DNA of 56,907 bases. Origin: an uncultured Victivallales bacterium (GTDB lineage: Bacteria; Verrucomicrobiota; Lentisphaeria; Victivallales; UBA1829). Under the pieces are notes generated by a model, which was given only the letters and a program-made list of their open reading frames with translations, had not been told where the DNA came from and did no database searches. The position numbers were made by a program, and so were the translations under genes. The stretch lies in NCBI GenBank assembly GCA_964581935.1, contig CAZORN010000002.1:1-56907 (forward strand), given 5' to 3'. Of this stretch, positions 1-9,387 are shown in pieces. Each line of letters opens with the position of its first letter. The first letter of the stretch is position 1.

Positions 1-49
1 TGCCCAGAGATGATACCACACCGCCTGTAATGAAAATATGCTTCGTCAT
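1..49 (-). CDS. pyrG: CTP synthase, first 16 codons only (gene runs off the left edge)
   Basis: The reverse complement of 1-49 reads ATG ACG AAG CAT ATT TTC ATT ACA GGC GGT GTG GTA TCA TCT CTG GGC, giving MTKHIFITGGVVSSLG. This is the near-invariant PyrG N-terminus. It is absent from the ORF track because it is truncated. Confidence 0.75.
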   Translation of the reverse strand, partial: MTKHIFITGGVVSSLG

Positions 50-85
50 TTTCTAAGTGTCCTGCGTGTTGAACTCATTACGAAA

Positions 86-412
86 TTATGGATTGAGAAA
101 CATACCACGTTTTTTCCTTTTATCAAAGGAAGGGAGACAAAAAAAATCAAAAAACAGGAGGAGCGTGCCGTGGCAATCCCCTTCTTCCGCGGAGCGGATC
201 TTCTGTACCCGCTCCTCTTTTCCGTTGATTTTCAGGTTGATCTTCAGGAGGATGCCGTCCTGCTGGCTCAGGATGAAATCCTCGTGAGAGTTCAATTCGG
301 GCGTCCGGCCAAGTTTCGGAGAAATCCCGGGGACGCGGTTGAAAGGGACGTCCCGCCGTAGTATAGTAACGCATAGCATTGTTGAAAGACGGAGGTGCGT
401 TTTGCTTTTCAT
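86..412 (-). CDS. hypothetical small protein upstream of pyrG (alternative start ATG at 379)
   Basis: A 108-aa ORF in the track. This frame has a strong G/C third-position bias (gac gtc cct ttc aac cgc gtc ccc). It lies on the same strand 36 nt upstream of the pyrG start. No family recognised. Confidence 0.45.
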   Translation of the reverse strand: MKSKTHLRLSTMLCVTILRRDVPFNRVPGISPKLGRTPELNSHEDFILSQQDGILLKINLKINGKEERVQKIRSAEEGDCHGTLLLFFDFFCLPSFDKRKKRGMFLNP

Positions 413-1040
413 CCAGGTTCTTTTTACGAATCCGACTTACTTTCTGATGGTCTGCCTGATTGTTGTATTTTCGGTCTGCCTTCATGAATACTTTCATGCG
501 CAAATGGCTGTCATCGAAGGCGATTATACCCTGCGGGACCACCTGACGCTGAACCCCCTCAAGCAGATGGGGTTCATGTCCCTGCTGATGCTGGCGCTGA
601 TCGGAATCGCCTGGGGCAGCGTGCCTGTGGACCGGAGTCTTCTGCGTTCGCGCTGGAGCCTGCTGAAAATCTCCCTGGCGGGGCCTCTCGCCAATCTTCT
701 CCTCTTCCTGATGTCCTGGATTCTCTTCGGCGTCCTCCAGTTTCCGAAATTTTTCCGCGATACGCCCGAATATATCATGATTCTTCAATTCGTCATGCTT
801 TTCGGAGTCTACAATTTCGTGCTGCTTGCATTCAACCTGATCCCGGCTCCGGGGTTGGACGGCTGGGGCATCCTTTCGGAAATCTTCCCGAAACTCCAGG
901 AAATCAACTCTGAATTTGTCAAGGGAGCGATGGTTCTCCTGATGTTTCTTGCGTTCTTCGGGGTAGGAATCCTTTTCGGCGTCGGAGAGTGGATCATGAG
1001 GCTGAGCGGTCTTGTGATGCGGGGAATCGCCCATGTCTGA
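339..1040 (+). CDS. site-2 protease family (peptidase M50) membrane metalloprotease
   Basis: HEYFH (the HExxH motif) sits in a hydrophobic segment, and NLIPAPGLDGWGIL matches the NxxPxxxLDG motif. The protein has multiple TM helices. The start is uncertain: ATG 339, TTG 402 (preceded by GGAGG at 391-395), or ATG 447. Confidence 0.85.
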   Translation: MKGTSRRSIVTHSIVERRRCVLLFIQVLFTNPTYFLMVCLIVVFSVCLHEYFHAQMAVIEGDYTLRDHLTLNPLKQMGFMSLLMLALIGIAWGSVPVDRSLLRSRWSLLKISLAGPLANLLLFLMSWILFGVLQFPKFFRDTPEYIMILQFVMLFGVYNFVLLAFNLIPAPGLDGWGILSEIFPKLQEINSEFVKGAMVLLMFLAFFGVGILFGVGEWIMRLSGLVMRGIAHV

Positions 1041-2232
1041 GGAAAAAGTCTGGAGCGTATCCGAAGTCAACGCCGCGGTGCGCGAAATCATCGAGGGCAG
1101 CCTGATGCCCGTATGGGTCAGCGGCGAGGTCGGAAACCTGACGCTCCACCGCAGCGGACACGCCTATCTGACGCTCAAGGACGCCTCCTCCCAGATCCGC
1201 GCGGTATTTTTCGGCGGTGCGGAACAGTGCGCCCGCCTCAAGGTCCAGGAAGGCTCTCAGGTCGAGGCTTTCGGCAAACTTTCGGTATATATGCAGCGGG
1301 GCGAATACCAGCTGAACATCAAGTCGATCCGTCCCCTCGGACTCGGGGAGCTCCAGCGGCAGTTCGAGCTCCTGAAGCAGAAACTGGCCGACGAAGGACT
1401 TTTCGACGAATCGCGCAAGAAGTCCATCCCGTTTCTTCCGGCGCGCATCGGGGTCGTGACTTCTCCGGAAGGCGCGGCCCTTCAGGATTTTCTGAAAATT
1501 TCCATGGCGCGTTTTCCGGAACTGGAAATTTTGATTTATCCTTCGGCGGTTCAAGGCCGGGGAGCGGAAAAGCAGATCGCGGAAGGTGTGAAATACTTCA
1601 ACCGCCGCAAAAACGTGGACGTGATCGTCGTTACCCGGGGCGGGGGAAGCCTGGAGGACCTGTGGCCGTTCAACGAGGAGGTCGTCGCACGCGCCATAGC
1701 CGCGAGCCGGATTCCCGTGGTCAGCGCGGTCGGACACGAGATCGATTTCACCATCGCCGACTTCACGGCCGACTTGCGGGCTCCGACTCCGTCGGGTGCG
1801 GCGGAGCTCATCGTTCCGGAAAAGGCCGTCCTTGAAGAGACCCTGTCCTCCATGAACGCCCGAATCCTTTCCTCGGTTTCACTGGCGTACGAACGTTCCA
1901 GGCGCCGCCTCGAAACCTTGATCTCTTCCGAACCGCTGCGGCGTCCCGCCTTCTTCGTGATGGAAAAGAGCCAGCAGACGGACATGCTTCTTCGCGAGAT
2001 GTCCTCGCTTCTGGATACCGCGTTTCAAAATGCCGGTTCCCGCTATGAGGTCGCTTCCCAGAAACTCAACGCACACAGTCCCTTTGCCATCCTGAACCGG
2101 GGCTACGCCATGGTTTTCGGGCCCGACGGCAAAACGCCCCTCATCCGGGCCTCGGACGCCCCGGAAGGAACCTCGCTGACCGCCCGTCTGGCGCAAGGGG
2201 TTCTCCGCCTCAAATCCGAAGGGGAGGCCTGA
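1033..2232 (+). CDS. xseA: exodeoxyribonuclease VII large subunit
   Basis: The N-terminal OB-fold region (VSEVNAAVREIIEGSLMPVWVSGEVGNLTLHRSGHAYLTLKD) and the catalytic core (GVVTSPEGAALQDFL, VIVVTRGGGSLEDLWPFNEE, PVVSAVGHEIDFTIADF) are typical of XseA. It overlaps the M50 gene by 8 nt. Confidence 0.92.
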   Translation: MSEEKVWSVSEVNAAVREIIEGSLMPVWVSGEVGNLTLHRSGHAYLTLKDASSQIRAVFFGGAEQCARLKVQEGSQVEAFGKLSVYMQRGEYQLNIKSIRPLGLGELQRQFELLKQKLADEGLFDESRKKSIPFLPARIGVVTSPEGAALQDFLKISMARFPELEILIYPSAVQGRGAEKQIAEGVKYFNRRKNVDVIVVTRGGGSLEDLWPFNEEVVARAIAASRIPVVSAVGHEIDFTIADFTADLRAPTPSGAAELIVPEKAVLEETLSSMNARILSSVSLAYERSRRRLETLISSEPLRRPAFFVMEKSQQTDMLLREMSSLLDTAFQNAGSRYEVASQKLNAHSPFAILNRGYAMVFGPDGKTPLIRASDAPEGTSLTARLAQGVLRLKSEGEA

Positions 2233-2418
2233 ACCGGTCTTTTCCGGTTTTCCGTGTCATCTGGCATTCCGCTATATTTTTCCGGAAAAAAAGAAAAATG
2301 AGTATGCTTTCACCCTTTTTTCTTCCTGCGACCTTCCTTTTTTCCTGATCCGCTCTATTTTTCTGGAAAAAGGAAGGTTCCTCTTTCTGAAAATGCCGAA
2401 AAAACTCCCCCGGACTCA

Positions 2419-2447
2419 TTGACGAACCGGAAAAGGGCTGATATATT
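2419..2447 (+). promoter_or_regulatory. sigma70-like promoter candidate for the 2520 operon
   Basis: TTGACG (2419-2424), a 17-nt spacer, then TATATT (2442-2447), about 70 nt upstream of ATG 2520. Pattern match only. Confidence 0.35.
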
Positions 2448-2519
2448 TAACATTGTCGAGCGGAAACCTATGGTTTTCCGGCATTTTCACATAGAAATAT
2501 TTCGTCAGGGAGAATATCC

Positions 2520-3551
2520 ATGATTCTTGAGAAAATGAGAACTGCGGACCCTAAGGTCCATGCGCTCCGCTGTGCGGACGGCGCCGTTTACCTTTCGCCC
2601 GGACTTCAGGGCCGAATTTTCTGTTCCATCGGGGAGGAGCTGATCCACAAGCTCGACTTCGAATTGGCCGCCCATCCGACGGAATCCTTCAACAACATCG
2701 GCGGAAATTCTCTCTGGCCCGCGCCCGAAGGCGGTGCATTCGCCTACAATTACCCCCACGGAACCTGGTGCGTTCAGGACGGCATCAACAAGGTCTGCCC
2801 GATCCTTACGCCCAGATCCGAATCGGAAGCGGTCATGGTGAAGCACATCGCCATGCTCACCGCCAAGGGAATTCAAGTCAGGCTCGAGGCCAAGCGCGAA
2901 GTCAAAACCGCGGATATTTCCGCGACCGCCGCGAAGTTTCACCTCAAAGCCGTGGCTTACTCGGAAACCGATACCTTCACGCCCGGCGAAGCCTATTCGA
3001 CCGAGGAAGTGGTCCTCAACGCGTGGTCCCTGGAACAGTTCCCCGGAGCGGACGGCATCATCGCTTTCGGAGCTTTCGACAATGCGTCCGCAAAGCCCGC
3101 GCAGATCATCAATGACGACTTTTATGGCGATCCTCTCGCGCGGATCCGCTTCGCCGACAAGCTGTTCCTGTTCGATCTCGGCGGCCACAACCGCCTCCAG
3201 ATCGGATTCAAGAAAGATTGCCGTCCCCGTCTGATCGGCGCCTATGACGCGGCGCGCGGCGTCCTGATCCTCCGCAAGACCTCCATCTGCGAGGGAACCT
3301 ACGTGAACATCGCCGACAACGACCAGAAAAAAGGCCTTTATTCCACCGAAGACATCTACAGCATCTTCAACGGTGCGTCCGAACTCAATTTCTTCGAGCT
3401 GGAAACCATTGCGCCGATGACCGTCCGCGACGGACGCCTGCTCCGCTCCACGCTCGTCTCGAACACCTGCATTTTCAAGGGCTCCGGAGAAAACCTTTCC
3501 GCCCTGCTGGACAAAGAATACGGGATCAACCCCAAGGAGATTGTGAAATGA
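2520..3551 (+). CDS. hypothetical protein, translationally coupled to the downstream deacetylase
   Basis: A 343-aa ORF with a GGGAGA Shine-Dalgarno about 7 nt upstream. Its stop overlaps the next start (ATGA at 3548). Composition is protein-like. No family recognised with confidence. Confidence 0.75.
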   Translation: MILEKMRTADPKVHALRCADGAVYLSPGLQGRIFCSIGEELIHKLDFELAAHPTESFNNIGGNSLWPAPEGGAFAYNYPHGTWCVQDGINKVCPILTPRSESEAVMVKHIAMLTAKGIQVRLEAKREVKTADISATAAKFHLKAVAYSETDTFTPGEAYSTEEVVLNAWSLEQFPGADGIIAFGAFDNASAKPAQIINDDFYGDPLARIRFADKLFLFDLGGHNRLQIGFKKDCRPRLIGAYDAARGVLILRKTSICEGTYVNIADNDQKKGLYSTEDIYSIFNGASELNFFELETIAPMTVRDGRLLRSTLVSNTCIFKGSGENLSALLDKEYGINPKEIVK

Positions 3552-4426
3552 GCAAGATCAAGACCGTTCTCGGTTTCGACATGGAAACCGACATCGGAAG
3601 CTGGACGTCGGGCGACGAAGGCTTCAAGCACGGAACGCCGCTGATTCTGGACGTTCTCAAGAAGCACGACATCAAGGCGACTTTCTACTTTACCGGCAAC
3701 CTCGCGAAGAAGAACCCCCACATCGTCCACATGGTCCGCGACGCCGGACACGAAATCGGCTGCCATACCCTCTTCCACGAAACCATCGGAGATCCCCTGT
3801 TCGAGATTCCCGGCATGATTCCCATCCTTCCCGAGGAAGTCGATCACCGCATCGACCTCGCCACGCAGTGGGTCGAGGAAGTGGCCGGCGTCCGCCCGAC
3901 CTCCTTCCGCTGCCCGCGTCTCTGGGGCTCCAATTCCGTGGTCCACGCGCTCGAACGCCTCGGCTACAAGTCCGACGCCACCTATCCCATGTATTTCTAC
4001 CGCGAACGCCTTACTCCCTACCATCCTTCCCGCAAGGACTGGACCAAGGAAGGCGACATGAAGATCATCGAGCTTCCGAACTTCGCCGACCTCTCCATGG
4101 ATTCCAAAGACCAGTACGGACGCGACATGGACCAGTGGCCCCTCTGGCGCACGGAGTCCGCCGACGCCGTCATCCAGCACGTCAAGGGATACATGAAATA
4201 CTGCGAGAAGAAGGGCGTCGAGCCGTTCCTCTGCTTCTACATGCACCCGTGGGAATTCTGGCCGATGCCCGAAGGTCTGATCCACTCCGGCGAAGGCGCG
4301 GTCCTTCCCGATCCCTTCATCATCAAGAACTGCGGCAAGTATTCTCTCGAACAGTTCGATCTCCTGATCCAGAAACTCAAGGATCTCGGGTCGGTCTTCA
4401 CGACTGCTTCCGGCGCTCTGGAATGA
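3548..4426 (+). CDS. polysaccharide deacetylase (CE4/NodB-homology) family protein
   Basis: The motifs KATFYFTGNLA and DAGHEIGCHTLFH resemble the NodB-homology metal- and substrate-binding motifs. Confidence 0.8.
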   Translation: MSKIKTVLGFDMETDIGSWTSGDEGFKHGTPLILDVLKKHDIKATFYFTGNLAKKNPHIVHMVRDAGHEIGCHTLFHETIGDPLFEIPGMIPILPEEVDHRIDLATQWVEEVAGVRPTSFRCPRLWGSNSVVHALERLGYKSDATYPMYFYRERLTPYHPSRKDWTKEGDMKIIELPNFADLSMDSKDQYGRDMDQWPLWRTESADAVIQHVKGYMKYCEKKGVEPFLCFYMHPWEFWPMPEGLIHSGEGAVLPDPFIIKNCGKYSLEQFDLLIQKLKDLGSVFTTASGALE

Positions 4427-4567
4427 TTCCGGAAGCCTGAATTTCTCCTCGCTCCGCGGAACCGGATCTTCAAACCCGGTTTTGCGGCGCAAAATAAGGT
4501 TTTTTTTCAAATCGGGACTTGAAAAACAGAAAAAGTCCTATACATTACAAGGCATCGCAAGAGATGC

Positions 4568-4644
4568 GGGGACGTAGCTCAATTGGTTAGAGTGCCACCC
4601 TGTCACGGTGGATGTTGCGGGTTCGAGTCCCGTCGTTCCCGCCA
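4568..4644 (+). tRNA. tRNA-Asp (anticodon GUC)
   Basis: Manual cloverleaf. Acceptor stem: GGGGACG pairs with CGTTCCC. D arm: GCTC-AATTGGTTA-GAGT. Anticodon stem: CCACC pairs with GGTGG, with loop CTGTCAC and GTC at 4602-4604. T arm: GCGGG-TTCGAGT-CCCGT. Discriminator G and an encoded CCA. Confidence 0.95.
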
Positions 4645-4683
4645 TTTTTCTGTACCTCGCGGCTGAAAAATAACGGCGGAGCC

Positions 4684-5577
4684 ATGGAGCGCATTCTCGA
4701 ACATTTTCTCGGTTACCTTTCTCTGGAGCGAGGACTCGCCCGGAATTCCACGGAAGCCTACCGCTCCGATCTCCTCGATTTCATCGAATTTCTCCATTCC
4801 GCTTCCGTGCCGGATTTCCCGTCGGTTACCCGCGACATCATTCTGGATTATCTTTCGAACTGCAAGGATCGCGGAATGGAAGCCGCCACTCTTGCCCGCC
4901 GTCTTGTCGCGATCAAGGTTTTCTTCCGCTATCTGGCGCAGGAGCGCATCATCCGCGCGGACATCACCGGCGTGATGGATTCCCCGAAGCTCTGGCGAAT
5001 CCTCCCCGAATTCATGTCCGCCGCGGAAGTGGATGCCTTCCTCAACGCCTTTCCCGCCCATGCGAAAGATCCCCTGACCTTGCGCAACCGCTGCATTCTG
5101 GAAACCATGTACGCCTGCGGGCTGCGTGTTTCCGAAACCGCCTCCCTCAAGGTCAGCAGCCTGAATTTCGACGAAAATATCGTCCGCGCCTTCGGCAAGG
5201 GCTCCAAGGAGCGCATCGTCCCCATGGGCAGGACCGCCGTCTCCCTCCTGAAACGTTATCTGGAAACCGTACGTCCCGTTCTCCTCAAGGACTCCTCCGA
5301 AACCGCCCTCTTCCTCTCCAACCACGGAAAAAAAATGGACCGCGTCCGTCTCTGGGAAATCGTCAAGGAAGCGGCCCGGATCGCGAACATCCGCAAAAAC
5401 ATCCATCCGCACACCCTCCGGCATTCCTTCGCCAGCCATCTGCTGGAGAACGGCGCTGATCTTCGCGTCATTCAGGAGATGCTCGGACACGCGGACATCA
5501 GCACCACGCAGATTTACACCCACGTGGACCAGCGCCGCCTGATCGCGGTTCATAAACAATTTCACCCGAGGGCCTGA
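4684..5577 (+). CDS. xerD: site-specific tyrosine recombinase, XerD-like
   Basis: Starts MERILEHFLGYLSLERGLARNSTEAYRSDL, the XerD-type N-terminal core-binding domain. The catalytic region is ACGLRVSE...HTLRHSFASHLLENGADLRVIQEMLGHADISTTQIYTHV. The ORF-track start at 4612 lies inside the tRNA, so I used ATG 4684. Confidence 0.85.
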   Translation: MERILEHFLGYLSLERGLARNSTEAYRSDLLDFIEFLHSASVPDFPSVTRDIILDYLSNCKDRGMEAATLARRLVAIKVFFRYLAQERIIRADITGVMDSPKLWRILPEFMSAAEVDAFLNAFPAHAKDPLTLRNRCILETMYACGLRVSETASLKVSSLNFDENIVRAFGKGSKERIVPMGRTAVSLLKRYLETVRPVLLKDSSETALFLSNHGKKMDRVRLWEIVKEAARIANIRKNIHPHTLRHSFASHLLENGADLRVIQEMLGHADISTTQIYTHVDQRRLIAVHKQFHPRA

Positions 5578-5582
5578 TTGAA

Positions 5583-6608
5583 ATGCCTCCGAAACAGAAA
5601 ATCCTTTTCCTCCTCGGCCTTATGCTTGTCTTCTGCGGAGGAGTCCTGCTTCCGCTCTGGATGCGCTCCCGTCCGATACCCTCGCAGACTATCGATTTTC
5701 CTGTAATGGGAACCGTCGGCTCGATCACCGTATATGGACGCGACGCGAAAGCTCTCGAAAAAGCCCTCAATGAGGCGCAGAAAACCGTCCGCGAAATCGA
5801 AACCCGCTGCAACATCTTCAAGCCCGACAGCGAACTTTCGCGCTTGAACGCGTCCGCTTTCCGTGAAGAGGTCGTCTGCTCGCCCCTCCTCTGGGAGGTC
5901 CTCTGCGAAGCGCAGCGGTTCTGCAAGCTCAGCGACGGCGCGTTCGACGTCACGGTCAAGCCACTGATGTCCCTCTGGGGCTTCCACCGGAAACGTTCCA
6001 CGCTGCCCTCGGAAAAAGAAATCGCGGAAACCGGCAAGAAAGTCGGTTTCGATAAGGTGAAGCTGAATCCGGAAAAGCGTTCCGTCCGGTTTCTCTCCGA
6101 CGGCGTCGGCATCGATCTCGGCGGGATCGCCAAGGGGTTCGCGCTGGACAAGGCCGCCGAAACCCTGCGCAAAAACGGAATCGAAAACGCCGTCATCAAC
6201 CTCGGCGGCAATATTCGCTGTCTTACTGCCTCCGGCGCAAAAGACCGCGTGATCGGCGTCCGGGACCCGGTTCATACGGATCAGGTCATCGAGCGGATTC
6301 CCATGCGGAACAACTGCATCGCCACCAGCGGCGACTATGAACGATACGTGATCATCGACGGCAGACACTACACCCACATCATCAATCCGAAAACGGGACG
6401 TCCCGTTTCGGACATGCTTTCCGTGACGATTCTCACTCCGCGCGGAGTCGATTCCGATGCCTTGTCCACCTCGACTTTCATTCTCGGCGAATCCTTTGCG
6501 GAAAAGATCTGCCGCGAATTTCCCGACACCGGCGTCCTGATGGTCCGCCGCAATCCGGCCGACCCCGAAAAACCGGTCATCACCCGATACGGCGTTTTTC
6601 GCCGCTGA
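5583..6608 (+). CDS. apbE: FAD:protein FMN transferase (ApbE family), exported/lipoprotein-like
   Basis: DGAFDVTVKPLMSLWGF, GIDLGGIAKGFALDKAAE, NLGGNI and ATSGDYERY are characteristic ApbE motifs. The N-terminus is hydrophobic. Confidence 0.9.
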   Translation: MPPKQKILFLLGLMLVFCGGVLLPLWMRSRPIPSQTIDFPVMGTVGSITVYGRDAKALEKALNEAQKTVREIETRCNIFKPDSELSRLNASAFREEVVCSPLLWEVLCEAQRFCKLSDGAFDVTVKPLMSLWGFHRKRSTLPSEKEIAETGKKVGFDKVKLNPEKRSVRFLSDGVGIDLGGIAKGFALDKAAETLRKNGIENAVINLGGNIRCLTASGAKDRVIGVRDPVHTDQVIERIPMRNNCIATSGDYERYVIIDGRHYTHIINPKTGRPVSDMLSVTILTPRGVDSDALSTSTFILGESFAEKICREFPDTGVLMVRRNPADPEKPVITRYGVFRR

Positions 6609-7082
6609 TGGGTTCCGCCTCTCGTCACCCGACATTTTCAAAGACGGCAAACCCATTTGCCGGGGTGCAGGGAATTTTTCCCTGCCGCGGAGTTGGAGGG
6701 CGCGAAGCCCTCCTGCTCTTTGGGTTTGCGGCGGCGGGTTCCCCGCTGACGGACGAGCTCCGGGAGGAGCGAGAGCCGCCGCTCCCATGACGCTGTCTTC
6801 GGGAAGGCGCCCGGAGCTCTCGAACTTGAGGAATCAAGTTCTCGTCCTTGAGCGGTTGGAATCGCTCCGGGCGGGGATTTCGTGCTTTGCACGACCAGCT
6901 TTCGCGGCTGGACCGCGACAAGGCTGAGAGCCTTGCATGACATTTTTTCAGAAATCCAAGATACTCATGGACACATTCCATTGCCTCTTTAAAAAATAAG
7001 CATTTTTTATTTTCCGCTCTTGCAATGCATCGTTATTCGATGTATTATTTTTGATAGAGCATAAAACAACCGGAGGTGGAAT

Positions 7083-7409
7083 ATGGTGCAGAACAGCGAA
7101 CTGATGAGGGGAATTGCCGAGACCGTGATCCTGAAACTGCTCTCCGAACGGACCATGTACGGATATGAGATCATCAAGCTGGTCAACGAGCGCACCAACG
7201 GCGAATTCCAGTGGAAGGAAGGCACATTGTATCCGTGTCTTCACCGTCTGGAGGAAGCCGGGCTGATCGCGAGCTCCTGGGAACTGTCGTCCGGGAAGCC
7301 GCGCAAGTATTATTCCCTCACGAAACAAGGAGAATCCGCCGTGCCGGAAAAAGTCGGAGAGACCAGACGCTTCTGCGCGGCCCTCGGCGCCCTGTTGGCC
7401 AATGCCTGA
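7083..7409 (+). CDS. PadR family transcriptional regulator
   Basis: ETVILKLLSERTMYGYEIIKLV...EGTLYPCLHRLEEAGLI...RKYYSLTKQG is the PadR winged-helix signature. A GGAGGTGG Shine-Dalgarno precedes the ATG. Confidence 0.9.
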   Translation: MVQNSELMRGIAETVILKLLSERTMYGYEIIKLVNERTNGEFQWKEGTLYPCLHRLEEAGLIASSWELSSGKPRKYYSLTKQGESAVPEKVGETRRFCAALGALLANA

Positions 7410-7428
7410 CGCGGAAAGGAGGCTCCTT

Positions 7429-9339
7429 ATGGATTCCCGTCTTGAAAAAGTCGTATCCGAGTGTACGCGTCCGCTGTCCGACGACCGCGAACTGGAATTG
7501 GACATCGCGCAGGAACTCCGCTCCCATCTGGAGGACAAATGCGATGAACTGAAACGCAATGGCGCGTCCGAAGACAAAGCCGTTGAAGAAGCTGTAAAGG
7601 AGTTCGGGGACAGCGCGGCGATTTCCGAATCGTTGTATCGGGCGAATCTTCCGCGTTTTCAGTTCCGCGCCAAGCTCCGGCTCTTGCGGAAAATTCTCAT
7701 TTTCCCGCTTCTGCTGCTCGGCTTGTATTTCGCGCTGGATCTCCGCCTGATCCAAGTGGCTGGAGAAATAGATGAATTTGGAAATAATTTTTCCTCAGAA
7801 AGCGCTTCTTCCAATTTATTGAGAAACGTTTCCCGCTTTTTGAAAAAAGAGAAAAAGCTGACGCCGGATGAAAAGCTGATCGTATCCGGAGGCACGTCCA
7901 CGGCGAAGGATAAAATGGCCGCCGCAAGCGACCGTCAGCGCGCCATATGGGAACGGTTTCCCGAAAACGAAGTTTATCTTGCCAACTACATCAAAACCCT
8001 GATCGACGATCCCCGGAAGGAGTATGTCTATTCCGAAATAGAGAATGCGCGCAAACTCGAACCGGAGAACGCCGCTTACGACTATATTCTCTGCGGCCTT
8101 CTTCTGAAAGAGGCGCTGAAGCCGTCCGAGACCTGGAAAAAAGGCGGTCCGCCGGAAACGTTCTACACGGTACGCGACCGCCGCAAACTCGATCAGGCGA
8201 TGGCCGAACTGAAAAAAGGAATGCAGAAACCGTATTTCCGCCTTTATACTCAGGACATGGCGCTGGAACGGATAAAGATCATGAATTTCGGGCAGGATTA
8301 TGTCGGACAGTTTCACCGGATCGCGTTCAGCGCGGGAATTCTGCTTCAGACGCTGAGTCTGGAACGGGAAATTTTCCGGGCGATCCCCGTGTATGCCAAT
8401 CTCCTGATTTCCGAGGGAAAAGGGGCGGAAGCCGAATTCTATCTGGATGCCTGGAAGCGCATCATTCCGCAATTCAATGATGATTCTTTCACGCTCATCG
8501 ACCAGCTGATGATTGCCGCCTGCCTCAACACCCAGCATGAATATGCGGTCCGGCGGAATGATACGCGCCGGATCAAAGAGCTTGCAATCGCGGCCGAACC
8601 CATGAATACATGGCGTGCGAAAAGTTCAAAAACCGAAGGGGAAATGTTAAGGAAACATGCCGGAGTCTTGAGCAGAGTTTTGCTCCCGGTATTCAAAGAC
8701 GATGTACTGACTCCGGAAAGTCTGGCTCCGGAACGAAACCTGAACTATTCCCTGATAGACTCAATGGCTCTCGCGATTCAGGCGGCCTTGATCCTGGTCT
8801 TTCTTCTGGTCAACGCAATCCTTCTGTCCGTTATGTATCTGAAGGGACAGCGTCCGTTCCTGATTTTTCTGCCGTGGAAGACCGTGCTGAAGATCGTGCT
8901 GTTCGGAATTCTTCTTCCGCTGGGAATCTATCTTCTCTACAGCCGGATCGATTTTCTCGGCGGGCACAACTATAACTATCTGTATAATTTCTGGCGTTTC
9001 CTGCCGGGGATCCTTTTCTTCGTGCTGGCTCCGCCGCTGGCATTCGGCACCCTGTTCTGGCGCGCTCTGAAACGGCGCGGACGCGAACTCGGCTACCAGA
9101 AACTGCCGTTGGCGACGCATTGCCTGAATGTCCTTTTCGTGTGGGCGACGGCATTATTCCTGATCGGTGGGATCATGCGCCCGATTCTTACGTGGGAACA
9201 GGACTATTATGTGAAGGGCGACACCGTCACCTGCAACGGAAAATATTTCTCCGTCGTGGAAGAGCGCGTTGTGGAAGACCTCAACAAAAAACAGCGCGAG
9301 GCTCTGGAAAAGAGCCTCAAACTGAATTCCGTTCCCTGA
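7429..9339 (+). CDS. PadR-associated multi-pass membrane protein
   Basis: The ORF-track start is 7402, but ATG 7429 follows AGGAGG (7417-7422) and lies after the PadR stop. The N-terminal helical domain (LELDIAQELRSHLEDKCDELKRNG...AVKEFGD) resembles the domain usually found downstream of PadR genes. The C-terminal part has several TM helices. Confidence 0.8.
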   Translation: MDSRLEKVVSECTRPLSDDRELELDIAQELRSHLEDKCDELKRNGASEDKAVEEAVKEFGDSAAISESLYRANLPRFQFRAKLRLLRKILIFPLLLLGLYFALDLRLIQVAGEIDEFGNNFSSESASSNLLRNVSRFLKKEKKLTPDEKLIVSGGTSTAKDKMAAASDRQRAIWERFPENEVYLANYIKTLIDDPRKEYVYSEIENARKLEPENAAYDYILCGLLLKEALKPSETWKKGGPPETFYTVRDRRKLDQAMAELKKGMQKPYFRLYTQDMALERIKIMNFGQDYVGQFHRIAFSAGILLQTLSLEREIFRAIPVYANLLISEGKGAEAEFYLDAWKRIIPQFNDDSFTLIDQLMIAACLNTQHEYAVRRNDTRRIKELAIAAEPMNTWRAKSSKTEGEMLRKHAGVLSRVLLPVFKDDVLTPESLAPERNLNYSLIDSMALAIQAALILVFLLVNAILLSVMYLKGQRPFLIFLPWKTVLKIVLFGILLPLGIYLLYSRIDFLGGHNYNYLYNFWRFLPGILFFVLAPPLAFGTLFWRALKRRGRELGYQKLPLATHCLNVLFVWATALFLIGGIMRPILTWEQDYYVKGDTVTCNGKYFSVVEERVVEDLNKKQREALEKSLKLNSVP

Positions 9340-9387
9340 TTGGATTCCGTGCGGGGAAACGCCTTTCCGACGTTTTCCCCCGGAACC

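Noticed and set aside
4568-5577. A tRNA-Asp immediately followed by a tyrosine recombinase, which could mark an integrated mobile element.
   Set aside because: The recombinase is a full-length XerD-type housekeeping enzyme with a typical N-terminal core-binding domain and an R..HxxR..Y region. I saw no second copy of the tRNA 3' end downstream. The flanking genes (CE4 deacetylase, apbE, padR) are ordinary chromosomal genes with the same composition.
6625-6981. ORFs of 118, 101 and 60 aa in the apbE-padR spacer.
   Set aside because: Their composition is Arg/Ser/Pro-rich, there is no ribosome-binding site, and they overlap in several frames. I treated the region as non-coding and structured. 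It is reported as a finding instead.
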